Shown: positions 53,432 through 64,000, counted from the stretch's first letter. The stretch: 64,000 nucleotides of DNA from an uncultured Candidatus Rokubacteria bacterium (GCA_963708025.1 CAVPSB010000022.1:160001-224000), one strand, 5' to 3'. Made by a program: numbers and translations. The notes: a model not told the origin generated them from the sequence alone.

Positions 53432-54065
53432 TCACGATCGGGAGAGGCGCGCGGGTGTCGTAGGTGGGAACCGGCCAGGGTCGTACGCGAAGGCGGCGGA
53501 TCGCCCGCTGAAGAGCGAGACCAACGCCAGGAACGCGAAGCTTCCGAACCGCGGATCGCCCCCATATATCAAGTGCGGCCAGCTGCCGTACCAGTCGTCG
53601 GGCCTGGGGGTCGAGCGCACGTCAGCGACGGGCCGCTTGAGCCAGTCTGCGATGTGGGCGTAGCCGAGATGGTCGGTGCCATGGGCGAAGCCGAGGCCCG
53701 GCGATCCGAAGAAGAGGTCGGTGGGGGTCAGGAACCAGACCGCCGCGGCCCCGACCACGCTCCCCGCCGCGAGCGTGAGACGCCAGTCCCCCGCGCTGGC
53801 GCCCGGACCGGACCAGGCGGCCGCCAGGCTGCCGGCCGCCAGCGCCACGATGGCCGCGACGGCGGCTACACCGGAGCTCGACGCTCAACCCCACCATCAC
53901 AGCGAGCGTGGCGATCGGCACCAGGATCATCCCGGCGAGCGGCGCCTGGGCCAGCGGATAGGCGAACTGGCTGCGGAACGGTGCGACGGCCCACCAGCCA
54001 CAGGCCCCGAGCACGGCGAGCGCGCCCAGCACCAAGGCCAGGTTCGCCGCGAACATGGGCCACAC
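53432..54065 (-). pseudogene. Truncated, frameshifted N-terminal part of a membrane protein
   Basis: Two overlapping hydrophobic ORFs; loop motif HGTDHLGY...PRFGSF; ends after about 200 aa. Confidence 0.55.
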
Positions 54066-54077
54066 GGCCGGGCTCCG

Positions 54078-54872
54078 TCAGGGCGCGCGCGCCGGCCGGG
54101 GTGGCCGGGCGCCGAGGACGAGGGCGGCCACGCCGAGCGGGAGCGGGGCGCGCAGCGCCACCGCCGCCTCCACCCGCGAGACTGCGAGCAGGAGCCGGTT
54201 GACGAGGCCGGAGCCGCCGGGCGCCTCGAACGGCAGGTCCGGCACGCCGTCCGGGGTGCGCGGGGCCAGGGCGACCGCGATCCCGAGCAGCGGGACGAGG
54301 AACAGGTCGAGGTACGTCCGGTGGACGATGTCGAAGCCCGCGGCGGCCACGCGCCCGGCGAGCTGCTCGAGCGTGTACCGCCGGTGATGGCCCAGGCGGA
54401 CGTCCCGCGTGCTCCAGAGCGCCTGGCGAGCCGGGGCCACGATCAGCGCGAGGCCGCCCGGCCGGCAGGCCTGGACCACGCCGGTGAGCAGGCCGGTGTC
54501 GTCTGCCACGTGCTCGACGACGTCCTGGGCGATGACCAGGTCCGCGCTCGCGGGCCGGACGGGGAGGGCGACCGCGTCGGCCACCCCGAGCGCGCCCAGG
54601 CCGCGCTTGCGACAGTACGTGAGCGCCTCCGGCACGAGGTCCAGCCCGATGGGGGTGACCGGCGCGTGGGCGGCCAGGTAGGCGAGCAGGCCCCCGGCGC
54701 CGCAGCCCACGTCGAGGACCACGTACCGGGCCCGCGGGGGGCGGTGGCGCTCCCAGAGGCGCCGGAACAGGTCGTGCCGCGCGACGTACCGCCAGTAGGT
54801 CTCGGGGAGGCGGTCCAGCACGGCGTGCATCCCCGCCGCCATGCGGGGCGCGTCGGGAGTCGTGGACGGCAC
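54078..54872 (-). CDS. Class I SAM-dependent methyltransferase
   Basis: YWRYVAR, VLDVGCGAG, DVVEHV, LWSTRD..LGHHRRY. Confidence 0.88.
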   Translation of the reverse strand: MPSTTPDAPRMAAGMHAVLDRLPETYWRYVARHDLFRRLWERHRPPRARYVVLDVGCGAGGLLAYLAAHAPVTPIGLDLVPEALTYCRKRGLGALGVADAVALPVRPASADLVIAQDVVEHVADDTGLLTGVVQACRPGGLALIVAPARQALWSTRDVRLGHHRRYTLEQLAGRVAAAGFDIVHRTYLDLFLVPLLGIAVALAPRTPDGVPDLPFEAPGGSGLVNRLLLAVSRVEAAVALRAPLPLGVAALVLGARPPRPARAP

Positions 54873-54874
54873 CT

Positions 54875-55567
54875 CTAACGCCGGAGCACGAGCTTGATCG
54901 CGCGGGCCGGCGTAAGCAGGCTGGGCCACCGGTAGCCGAACTGGAGGACGAACCAGCCGCGGGGCACATAGCTCAGCTCGTCCAGCTCGAAACCGCACTC
55001 GCCAGCGGCGTCGATCAGGTGAGCGGGCATGAACTGGAAGGTCACGGGGTGTCCGCCACGCTTGAGGGCGAGCATGGGCCGGTAGACCACTCGCTCGACG
55101 GCGTGGAAAATCCGGCCGACCGTGCTCTCGACGATCACCGCCTTGCCGCCCAGGGCCAGGCAACGGTGGACCTCGTGCATCCCGCGCCGCATGTTCCGGT
55201 GGTTTTCCGCCGCGGTCGCGCCGGTTACGTGGTGGAAGACGTTCTGCATCAGGACGCAGTCGAAGGACTGGTCGGGGAACGGGAGGTCGAGGAGCGAGCC
55301 CCGCCGGAACGCCGTGTTGGGCGCGGGCCCCGGGCCGTCGGCGAGGAACAGGTCGACCGCGGTGACCTGTCGAGGCACCGAGACGTCGTAGTTGAAGAAC
55401 CCGCCGTTGCCGACGTCGAGCAGCCGGTCCACGCCCCGCAGCTCGTGGCGGACCATCCGCGCGATGTGCTGGTAGTGGGCGAGCCGCGACTGGGCCTCGA
55501 CGTACCCGTCGTTGTCCTCGAACCAGCGCACGTTCGCGTCAACGGTCCTCTGCATGTCGTCGGCCAT
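54875..55567 (-). CDS. Class I SAM-dependent methyltransferase (type 11)
   Basis: LLDVGNGG, LPFPDQSFDCV...VFHH. Confidence 0.85.
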   Translation of the reverse strand: MADDMQRTVDANVRWFEDNDGYVEAQSRLAHYQHIARMVRHELRGVDRLLDVGNGGFFNYDVSVPRQVTAVDLFLADGPGPAPNTAFRRGSLLDLPFPDQSFDCVLMQNVFHHVTGATAAENHRNMRRGMHEVHRCLALGGKAVIVESTVGRIFHAVERVVYRPMLALKRGGHPVTFQFMPAHLIDAAGECGFELDELSYVPRGWFVLQFGYRWPSLLTPARAIKLVLRR

Positions 55568-55859
55568 GGAGTCCCCGTATTGATAGCACAGGAACCCCGG
55601 TAGAGTCAGCATCGACGTCCACTGCCGGGTGACGCCGGAAGTCGGGCGTGTTCACGAATCCGGGCGACCGGGCCGGGGCGGCCGTCTTCCGGGCCCCCCA
55701 AGCGCCGCCGGCCGGCCGACGCTCAGAACGTCACGTAGATGAACGGCTCGATGGGAAGGGCGATGCGATAGAGAGTGTAGTGCAGGAGGATCCCGATCCC
55801 GCAACCGACGAGGAAGGACAGGAGCCATTGCATCGCTCGGGTCGGGCGGATTCGCGAGG

Positions 55860-57074
55860 TCACCGCAGGTACCCGAGTCGGTCCGCCATGTCACGGATGA
55901 CGGGGGCGATGGCGTCGGCGAGCTTCGTCCCGCCGGCCGCCGTCAGGTGCACCCGGTCGTGGTAATCATCGACCTTGAAGTCCGGGCCCACCGCCACGGA
56001 TTCGTAGCCCGCCTCCCGGAACATGGCCACCGCCCGCTCGACGACCAGATAGTACAGGAGTCGTTCCTCGGGAGTGAGCATGTCGAGATAGTACGGGCTC
56101 TGCCCCTCGACCACGATCAAGGTTCGTTGCCGGAGGGGCCGGGGGAGATCGACCCCGATGGCGTACCGGAATGCCTGCCAGAGCGGAAGCTCGGGATCGG
56201 CGATCGGGCGGCCGCGGGGATCGAGGGCGGTCCGGCCCTTGGCGAAGCCGCGGGCGATGCGCAGCGCCAGCTCCCGGTGGGACTCGAGGTATCGCTGGTC
56301 GAAAGGCAGGCTCGCTCCGGTGTCGGGGTCGGCGAAGGTCTTGCGGGGGGCGAAGGGACGGCCAAGCGGGAACGGGCTCCAGACGGTGAAGACCCAGCGG
56401 TAGCCCACCGTGGTCCAGAGATCGTTGAAGCGAAGGCGGTGATCGAACCGGGCACCGAGCCTGCGCTCGTGGAGCTTCTCGCGCTCGGCCCCCACGAACC
56501 TCGGGGTCAACTCGTCGATCCGCGCTTCACGGACCGGGTCCTCGAGGAGGAGGTTCTTGTAGTAGGCGTCCCAGAACAGGTACTCGTAGAACCCGCCCAG
56601 GGGCGGGACGGCGACGGCAGGAGGCGTGTCGCCAACGTAGATTACGGCCCTGCCCTCCTTGATGAAGCTCTCCGCCACGATGGCGCCGCCCTCGGCGGGG
56701 GCGCCGGCTCGAAAGGCGAAGTTGAAGACCCGGAAGGGCTCTCCGAGCCGGTCTTGCAGGCGGCGCGTCCAGATCGTGTCCGGGCTCTGAGAGACGCCGT
56801 TGAAGACCGAGCTTCCGCCGACGATCACGATGACGCGGCCGGGCGCCGTCGTTTCCTCCACGAGGGCGCGAAACTGCGAAACGGTGGGGTTAAACGAGGC
56901 TTCCAGAGCGATGTACATGTGCGGGCGGACGAAGTTCACGTAGAGATTTTGCCCACTCGCGATCCATCCCGCGACGCAGCAGGCCAGGAACCCGAAGGTC
57001 GCTCCGGCGAAGAGGGCGTGGGGAATCACCCGGCGCCGGACCAGGGACTCGAGCGACAGCTCGTCCTGCGCCAC
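55860..57074 (-). CDS. Membrane-anchored SGNH/GDSL-like protein (AlgJ/DltD-type partner)
   Basis: N-terminal TM helix, IVGGSSV block I-like motif, C-terminal DRVHLT (DxxH); directly downstream of MBOAT. Confidence 0.65.
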   Translation of the reverse strand: MAQDELSLESLVRRRVIPHALFAGATFGFLACCVAGWIASGQNLYVNFVRPHMYIALEASFNPTVSQFRALVEETTAPGRVIVIVGGSSVFNGVSQSPDTIWTRRLQDRLGEPFRVFNFAFRAGAPAEGGAIVAESFIKEGRAVIYVGDTPPAVAVPPLGGFYEYLFWDAYYKNLLLEDPVREARIDELTPRFVGAEREKLHERRLGARFDHRLRFNDLWTTVGYRWVFTVWSPFPLGRPFAPRKTFADPDTGASLPFDQRYLESHRELALRIARGFAKGRTALDPRGRPIADPELPLWQAFRYAIGVDLPRPLRQRTLIVVEGQSPYYLDMLTPEERLLYYLVVERAVAMFREAGYESVAVGPDFKVDDYHDRVHLTAAGGTKLADAIAPVIRDMADRLGYLR

Positions 57075-57075
57075 G

Positions 57076-58272
57076 TCAGCTCGAATCGAGCAGCAGACGG
57101 AGCATGCGTACGGCCTGGCCGACCGGATAGAAGAAGAGCAGCCAGCCGACCATGACGTACGCGAACGTCACCGCCCATGCCACGAAGGAGTTGTGGTCGA
57201 GGAAGCCGCCTAGCCGCGTGCCGAGCCGGCCGAGACCTGCTCGGTACGTCGCGCTGACGGCGAGCCCGGCTCCGTGGTAGAGGCCCCACGCCACGAAGTG
57301 CCAGGCGGGACCGTGCCAGAGGCCGCAGAGGGCGAAGGCCACCAAGCCGTTGAGCACCCGCCGGCCGGCGCCGTCCCGGCTGCCGCCCAGCGGGATGTAG
57401 ACGTAGTCGCGGATCCACAGGCTCAGGGAGATGTGCCAGCGCTGCCAGAAGTCCCGGATGCTCGTGGCGAGGTAGGGCCAGTTGAAGTTCTCGGGAAGCC
57501 GTATGCCCAGCATGCGGGCGAAGCCGATGGCCATGTCGCTGTACCCGCTGAAGTCGAGCAGGATGCGAAAACCGATGGCGAAGAAGAGGAACCAGCGCGT
57601 CGACACGGGCACGGTGTCGAAGTGATCGTCCCAGACGCCCACGTACGTCGTGAGGTTGTCGGCCGCGAACTTCTTGGTGAGGCCGATCGCGACCCGGATC
57701 AGGCCGTAGGCCACCTCGGGCCGGGCGACCTCGCGGAGCCCCCGCTCCAGGGCCGGGAGGAACTGCTGGTAGCGCTTGACGGGGCCCGCGACGATCGACG
57801 GCCAGAAGATGGCGAAGGCTGTGAAGTGGAGGAGCCTGCGGACCGGCGCCGCTCCGCTGCGCACGTCGTAGAGGTAGTGGACGAACTCGAACGTGAAGAA
57901 GCTGATGGCGAGCGGCGGGCCCGCCGGCATCAAGACCAGCGAGCGGGAGAGGAGCGCCTCACCGAGGCGAGGGCTGAAAGCTCCGACCAGCTCGCCGGAG
58001 AAGAAACGGACGTACTTGTAGAAGACGAGGGCGGCCACGCACACGACGATCCCGAACACGCAGAGACTCCGGCTCCGGGTCAGGCCGATGACGTAGGTGA
58101 GGATGCCCAGGCAGAGGATGGGGAGGACGCCGGCGGGGCCCGCAAAGTGGGTGTGGAAGACGGCGCAGGTTAGGACGAGCAGGGGAAGGCGCACGCCGGG
58201 AAGCGCCACCAACCAGTAGAGCGGCAAGACGATCACCGCGAAGCCCCAGAACCAGTAAGTCAGGAAGATCAC
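57076..58272 (-). CDS. MBOAT family O-acyltransferase (AlgI/DltB-like)
   Basis: PLAISFFTF, DFSGYSDMAIG, ENFNWPY, FWQRWHISLS..RDYVYIPLGG, GLWHG. Confidence 0.95.
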   Translation of the reverse strand: MIFLTYWFWGFAVIVLPLYWLVALPGVRLPLLVLTCAVFHTHFAGPAGVLPILCLGILTYVIGLTRSRSLCVFGIVVCVAALVFYKYVRFFSGELVGAFSPRLGEALLSRSLVLMPAGPPLAISFFTFEFVHYLYDVRSGAAPVRRLLHFTAFAIFWPSIVAGPVKRYQQFLPALERGLREVARPEVAYGLIRVAIGLTKKFAADNLTTYVGVWDDHFDTVPVSTRWFLFFAIGFRILLDFSGYSDMAIGFARMLGIRLPENFNWPYLATSIRDFWQRWHISLSLWIRDYVYIPLGGSRDGAGRRVLNGLVAFALCGLWHGPAWHFVAWGLYHGAGLAVSATYRAGLGRLGTRLGGFLDHNSFVAWAVTFAYVMVGWLLFFYPVGQAVRMLRLLLDSS

Positions 58273-58435
58273 GCTGGGTCCTGCCCCCTGGAGCGCCGGA
58301 AGCCCGGGCGGGTCCGGTGCGGATCACGCGGGGGCGGCCCGGCGCTCGAGCATTCCCGGTCGTGGATCGTGATTGAACCTCGGCTCAGGCCGGCAGTGGG
58401 GAGCCGCATCTGCGTCGCCGTCGTGCCGGACGCTT

Positions 58436-58797
58436 GGTGGAAGACGTTCTGCATCAGGACGCAGTCGAGGACCGGTCGGGGAAGAGGAGGTCGAGGAGCG
58501 AGCCCCGCCGGAACGTCGTGTTGGGCGCCGGCCCCGAGCCGTCGGTGAGGAACAGGTCGACCGCGGTGACCTGTCGAGGCACCGAGACGTCGTAGTTGAA
58601 GAACCCGCCGTTGCCGACGTCGAGCAGCCGGTCCACGCCCCGCAGCTCGTGGCGGACCATCCGCGCGATGTGCTGGTAGTGGGCGAGCCGCGACTGGGCC
58701 TCGACGTACCCGTCGTCGTCCTCGCACCAGCGCACGTTCGCGTCGACGGTCTTCTGATTCTCGTCCGCCAGGGAGTCCCCGATATCGATAGCACAGG
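58436..58797 (-). pseudogene. Decayed partial duplicate of the methyltransferase at 54875-55567
   Basis: Direct repeat of 55231-55592; start codon lost, indels, 3' half missing. Confidence 0.88.
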
Positions 58798-58809
58798 GAG
58801 CCTACGAAG

Positions 58810-59217
58810 TCAGCAGTTCGCCGGGTGGTGGCCGCCCGCCCCTGTTCGACGAGCCAAGGGTGCCACCCCGAGAACGAACGACTGGGACCGCATCTCCACT
58901 GGGCGTATCATGGCGTGACGCATCACGTTGCGGGTGCCCTCGACGTTGACCGCCTGGAACGGGGCGCGGTCACGTTCGAGGGCATCGGAAAGGAGCGCGG
59001 CGCAGTGGACGACCGCCTCGAGGCCGTGCATCGGGCGGCAGACGGCCTCCGGATCCCGGACGTTCCCGACGTGGACGTCCGCGGCGGGGAGCTCCAGCCA
59101 TCGCGTGTCATCCTCGGGGCGGACCAGACCCCGCACGGCGAACCCGTGGCGGCGCAGCACCAGGCAGAGACGGTGACCCACTCCTCCGGCCGCGCCGGTG
59201 ACCAGGACGCCGCTCAC
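58810..59217 (-). pseudogene. Truncated NAD-dependent epimerase/dehydratase
   Basis: VLVTGAAGGVG, VVHCAA, VNVEGTRNV; homology ends after about 100 aa. Confidence 0.75.
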
Positions 59218-59259
59218 AACCGTTCATGATACGCCGGGCACCGGCGAGCGTGTAGCGCG

Positions 59260-61518
59260 GTGTCTGAGGCCGGCTCCGCGGCGGCCATCGCGGCGGGATT
59301 CGCGCTCTTCGGGCTGCTGACCGCGGCCGGCCTGGCGGGGGGCCTGGGGGTGCTCGCCCTGCTGCGGACCCCGGCCGATCCGGTGCGGCGCCTGCTCCTA
59401 GCGCCGTTCGCCGCGACCATGGTCTGGGCCTTGACCGGGAACCTGATGGTCCGCTTCGGGCTGACCATGGCGCAGGCGACGCCGCTGATCGCCCTTGCGT
59501 CTCTGGCGCTGGCGGCCCTGGGGATCGGGACGGCGGCGCGGCGCGGCCTCGCGCGGGCCGTCGTCGCGACGCTCGCCGCCGGGCTCGCCCTCGCGATGGC
59601 GGCCGTCACCTGGCCCTACTTCGCGCGTGGTCTCACGGTGCACCTGGGCTCGCCCAACCTCGACACGGCGTACATCACGAGCACCGCCGCCGCCTTCTGG
59701 CGCTACGGGCTCGACGTCTCGTCGTCCCGGCCGCCGTTCTTCGAGCGCTTCGGCTCTACCCTGGCGGGACTGGGGTCGGCCCGGAACCATTCCTACGTGC
59801 TCCTCGGGCTCTTCTCCCCGCTCGTGGAGCCGGGCGAGCCCGCCTTCGTCCGCAACCTGCTCGTCTGCTGGTCGATCCTCGTGCTCGCCTCCAGCCTCGC
59901 GTTCTACCGCGCCTCCTGGGGCGGCGCTCGCGAGGAGGGGGAAGCGCCGCCACGGGAGATTGTCTTCTACGTCCTCGCGACGGCAGGCATCGGGTGGGCG
60001 GTCGTCCCGGCCCTGGTCGGGAACTGGGACAACGGTCTCTTCGTCTCGGTGGGGCCGGTCCTGGCCGGCCTGGCCGTGGAGGCGCCGCGCCGCCCGGGCT
60101 ACTCGATCCTCCTGGGCGCGACCATCGCCTACGCCGTGTACACGTACCAGGAGCTGTCCCCCTTCCTGGCGCTCTTCCTGTTGCCGCTGTACGTCCGAGC
60201 GCTCCGTCCGCCAGCCACGCGGATGCAGACTCTTCGTGTGTACGCCCTGGCGAGTTCCGCTGCCGTGATCCTGCTCTCCCCGGGTGTGAAGCCGCTCTGG
60301 AGGTTCTTCCTTGGCCAGATGGATTCGGCGCGAGGCCGCGAGGGTCTCAGGCCAGGCGGCAGCTTCGCGGCCGAGCTCGTCAGCGCACCCCTCGACCCCT
60401 CCAGCTGGTGGGCCCTCAGCGGCGACCCTTCGCCCTGGTGGGGATGGTCGTGCGGGGTGCTCCTCACCGGGCTCGCCCTGATGGGCGTCGTGCGCCTAGC
60501 GCGCCGGCGACGCTGGGCCGAGGTCACATCTCTCGGCCTGGTCGGCGCCACCCTCGGCTACTACGTACTGGCCGACCGCTACGGCTACGCCGCCTACAAG
60601 ATCCTCAGTGTCTCCTGGTGGCTGGTCGGCGGCTGCCTCATCGACGGATGTGGCGTGCTGGTGGCCGCGACCCGAGCTCAGCCCAGCGCCTCGCGGGCCG
60701 GCCGCCTCCGGCACGGTCTGGCCTTCGGCGCCCTCGCCGCCGTCCTGCTCACCAGCCTGCTCGTCTCCGAGCGCCGCCGAGCCCGGATCTTCTTCGACGA
60801 GACCACCTTCCGACGCCAGCCGACGCTGGCCGGCCTTGCCCGGCTCCGGGCGGCCGCCGCGGGCCAGCCCTCGACGGACGTGCTCGTGGCCGGCCCTTCG
60901 CTCGACTACCTGACGCTGCCCTGGATTTTCTACGCGCTCAAGGACACCCCGCTCCGGCCATACCATCAGTGGAACCTCACCCCTCCCGTCCCCGGGGGAG
61001 CCGGCTTGGCGCCCGACGACCCCGTACCCGCGAATCTCCTGCTCCGCTCACAGGACGTCCCGGGCCTTCCGGCCCGATTCCGGACGCCGGAGTTCGCTCT
61101 CGTCGGCCTCGGCGAGATGCCCCTCGTCGAGCGCGTCGAAAGCCCCAACCAACTGGAACCCTGGGGGACCTGGCTCGGCACCCGGCCGATCACCGTCTCG
61201 GTGCTGGCCGGCCCGGGGTCGGCCCTGACCCTGAGCTTCGAGGCGACGCCGGGGCCGAGCCTCCCCGAGACTCCAAGGCGGGTGATCCTGCTGCGGTCAG
61301 GCGCACGCGAGGTCGGTCGGGTCGAGATCGACAGCCGAGCCACCGTCGTCTTCCCGTTTACCTCGGCCAGCACGCGCGAGGTCCTGACGCTCTCCACGCC
61401 GCAGGCGCCGACCGTCGCCCGCCTGCCGAACGGCGATACCCGGCCGCTGCTCGTCGGCATCCGGAACCTGCGAGTCGGCCCGGCCTCGGACGGACCGATT
61501 CCCCGGAGACCGTCATGA
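59260..61518 (+). CDS. Large multi-pass membrane protein, paralog 3 (GT-C-like)
   Basis: Intact 752-aa ORF, most similar to paralog 1. Confidence 0.8.
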   Translation: MSEAGSAAAIAAGFALFGLLTAAGLAGGLGVLALLRTPADPVRRLLLAPFAATMVWALTGNLMVRFGLTMAQATPLIALASLALAALGIGTAARRGLARAVVATLAAGLALAMAAVTWPYFARGLTVHLGSPNLDTAYITSTAAAFWRYGLDVSSSRPPFFERFGSTLAGLGSARNHSYVLLGLFSPLVEPGEPAFVRNLLVCWSILVLASSLAFYRASWGGAREEGEAPPREIVFYVLATAGIGWAVVPALVGNWDNGLFVSVGPVLAGLAVEAPRRPGYSILLGATIAYAVYTYQELSPFLALFLLPLYVRALRPPATRMQTLRVYALASSAAVILLSPGVKPLWRFFLGQMDSARGREGLRPGGSFAAELVSAPLDPSSWWALSGDPSPWWGWSCGVLLTGLALMGVVRLARRRRWAEVTSLGLVGATLGYYVLADRYGYAAYKILSVSWWLVGGCLIDGCGVLVAATRAQPSASRAGRLRHGLAFGALAAVLLTSLLVSERRRARIFFDETTFRRQPTLAGLARLRAAAAGQPSTDVLVAGPSLDYLTLPWIFYALKDTPLRPYHQWNLTPPVPGGAGLAPDDPVPANLLLRSQDVPGLPARFRTPEFALVGLGEMPLVERVESPNQLEPWGTWLGTRPITVSVLAGPGSALTLSFEATPGPSLPETPRRVILLRSGAREVGRVEIDSRATVVFPFTSASTREVLTLSTPQAPTVARLPNGDTRPLLVGIRNLRVGPASDGPIPRRPS

Positions 61519-61670
61519 CTTGGCCCATCGGAGAGGAAGAGATCGACCGCCGTCACGTGCCTGGAGAGGGAGACGTCTCGGCGTAACCATCGTTGCCGGC
61601 GAACCAGCGGGCGTTCGTCGCGACGCTGCGTTGCAGCCGCTCCGCCATGGCCGGCCCAATTGATAGCACG
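61519..61670 (-). pseudogene. Third, internally deleted remnant of the type 11 methyltransferase
   Basis: MAERLQRSVATNARWFAGNDGY joined to DVSLSRHVTAVDLFLSDGP; upstream TTGATAGCAC conserved. Confidence 0.75.
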
Positions 61671-61866
61671 GGGGGTCGGCAAAGTCACGCGGACGACTCC
61701 CAGGTGAGACGACCCGTCCCACGCGATCTGCCGTGATGCCGCTCACCGAGTGCTATCGTGGGCCACGTAGCGGGCACGCGACCCTGACAATCCAGAGCCG
61801 GGCCCGGGGTCGGATAGCCCGGCAGGGCGGTGACGGTCGGGATCCACACCGCGGGGGAAGGAGACC

Positions 61867-64000
61867 ATGCGGCGAGCGTCCACGACGCGACCGGGTTTCC
61901 TGCTGGCCGTCGGTCTTCTCCTGGCGCTCTGCCCCGGGCCCGCGGGGGCCGCCTCCTCCCTGCACTTCTTCGGCAACGGGACCGGCGACATCGACCGCGT
62001 CGAGATCCGGATCGACGGGCCGGCGCGCCCGGCCGACGTCGGGGCCGGCGACTTCACGCTCGAGTGGTGGATGAAGGCCATCTCGGGCGAGAACGCGTCG
62101 AGTGCCGTGACGTGCGGCGCGAATGGCGGCTGGATCACGGGCAACGTCGTCTTCGATCGCGACGTCAACGGCCCGGGGGACTCCGGCGATTTCGGCGCGT
62201 CGCTGACCGCGGGGCGCGTCGCCTTCGGCGTGAGCGTCGGCGTCAACGGGACCACGATCTGCGGCGGGCGGATCGTCACCGACGGCCAGTGGCACCACGT
62301 GGCGGTGACGCGCCGGGCCGCCGACGGGCGCCTCCGCCTCTACGTTGACGGCATGCTGGACGCGGACGGCGCGGGGCCGACCGGCAACGCCAGCTACCAG
62401 GACGGCCGGACGACCGGCGATCCCGACACGGATCCCTTCCTCGTGATCGGCGCCCAGAAGCGCAACGTCGGCCCGGCCTACCGGGGCTGGATCGACGAGG
62501 TCCGGCTCTCCAACGTCGTGCGCTACACCTCTCAGTTCACGCGTCCCGCGACCCCGTTCACCCCGGACGCCCAGACGGTCGCCCTCTACCACCTCGACGA
62601 GGGCACCGGGACCATGGCTTCCGACACCTCGGGGGCGGCCGGCGGGCCGAGCCACGGGGACGCTCCGCGTCGGGGGTGCCCCGGCGGCGGGGCCGGTCTG
62701 GTCGAGCGAGGTGGCGCCGCTCGGCGGGGCCGCCACCGTCGTGCTCGAGCCGGTGGTCACGGGTCTGACCAGCCCCGTCGGGATGGTCCACGCGGGGGAC
62801 GCCCGGCTCTTCGTCGTCCAGCGGACGGGCCAGATCGTGATCGTGGACGGGACGCAGATCCGGTCCCCGGCGTTCCTGAACATCGCCGGGCTGATCGCGG
62901 TCGCGGCGGGGAGCGCGGCCTCCTCGGGCTGGCCTTCCACCCCGAGTACGCGACCAACGGCTCCTTCTTCGTGCTCTACACGGAGCCGGACGGCTCGATC
63001 GTCATCGCGCGCTACCAGCGTTCGGCGGCAGACCCCAATCTCGCCAACCCTGCCTCGGGCCAGGTGTTGCTCCGGATCCCGCACGGCATGTTCGCCAACC
63101 ACAACGGCGGCCAGCTCGCGTTCGGCCCCGACGGCTACCTCTACGCGGCGATCGGCGACGGCGGGGGCGGGGGCGACCCGCTCATGACGCGGCCAGAGTC
63201 TCGGCACGCTGCTGGGCAAGCTCCTCCGGATCGACGTGGACAGCGCCGGGCCGTACGCGATCCCCGCCGACAACCCCTTCGCCGGCGTGGCCGGCGCGCG
63301 GTGAGATCTGGGCGTACGGCTTGCGGAACCCCTGGCGGTTCGGCTTCGACCGGCTGACCGGGGACCTCTTCATCGGCGACGTCGGGCAGGGGGCGCGCGA
63401 GGAGATCGACTTCCAGCCGGCGACGAGCCCCGGCGGCGAGAACTACGGCTGGTCGTGCATGGAGGGCTCGGCGGTCTTCAACGCGGCGAGGTGTGGCGCC
63501 GGACCGCGAGTCCCTCCCATCCTCGAGTACGCGCACGGGGCCGGGGACTGCTCGGTGACCGGGGGATTCCGCTACCGCGGCCAGCAGCACCCGGGCCTGT
63601 TCGGCGTCTACCTCTTCGCCGACTTCTGCGCGGGCCGGATCTGGGGCGGCTACCAGAGCGGGAGCGGCGCCTGGTCGAGCGCCCTCTTGCTCGACTCGAG
63701 CCTCCTGCTCTCCAGCTTCGGGGAGGACCAGGAGGGTGAGCTCTACGTCACCGACCTGAACGGGGGGCTCTACCGGGTCGTCGGGCTCATCCCGATCCAG
63801 GTCACGGCGCTCGCCGCAAACCTGCCCTCGCCTCAGCCGGTGGGGGCGCCGATCACCTGGACGGCGACGGTCACCGGCGGCAGCGGCAGCTACCAGTACC
63901 GCTTCTGGCGGCGGACCACCGGCCCTTACATGATCGCGCAAGACTACACGTCGAGCGCCAGCTTCACCTGGACCCCGGGCCCCGCCGACGCCGGCGCCCA
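61867..64000 (+). CDS. Secreted multidomain protein: LamG-like domain + PQQ-dependent sugar dehydrogenase (GSDH) propeller + further beta domain; frameshifted, runs off the window
   Basis: Signal peptide; [66 protein letters not shown]. Confidence 0.85.

Overview
Very GC-rich bacterial window, almost entirely one large cell-surface glycan (O-antigen/capsule/EPS-like) locus. It holds about ten GT2/GT4 glycosyltransferases, a WecA-like priming transferase, Wzm/Wzt export, a nonulosonate module (NeuB/NeuA-like), fcl, AsnB, a transketolase-like enzyme, a Sat-CysC PAPS synthase, methyltransferases, an MBOAT+SGNH pair and an EPS-type MarR regulator. Highlights: (1) an operon at 39.1-53.3 kb whose enzyme families match the lincosamide GDP-octose pathway (LmbR/N/P/K/O/M/L/Z-like, including a dehydrogenase homolog lacking its catalytic Cys), but which is coupled to a polyprenyl-phosphate glycosyltransferase, a radical SAM enzyme and paralogous large GT-C-like membrane proteins; (2) an integrase-less integron cassette array (two well-formed attC sites, a BrnTA toxin-antitoxin cassette) between convergent operons at 10.0-11.5 kb; (3) a decayed gltX 5' fragment with its promoter upstream of a glycosyltransferase operon; (4) a candidate MarR operator palindrome at two promoters; (5) serial duplication and decay at 48.7-61.7 kb. 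Many genes carry single-base frameshifts that look like uncorrected sequencing indels. All functional calls come from motif recognition by eye; no database searches were run.
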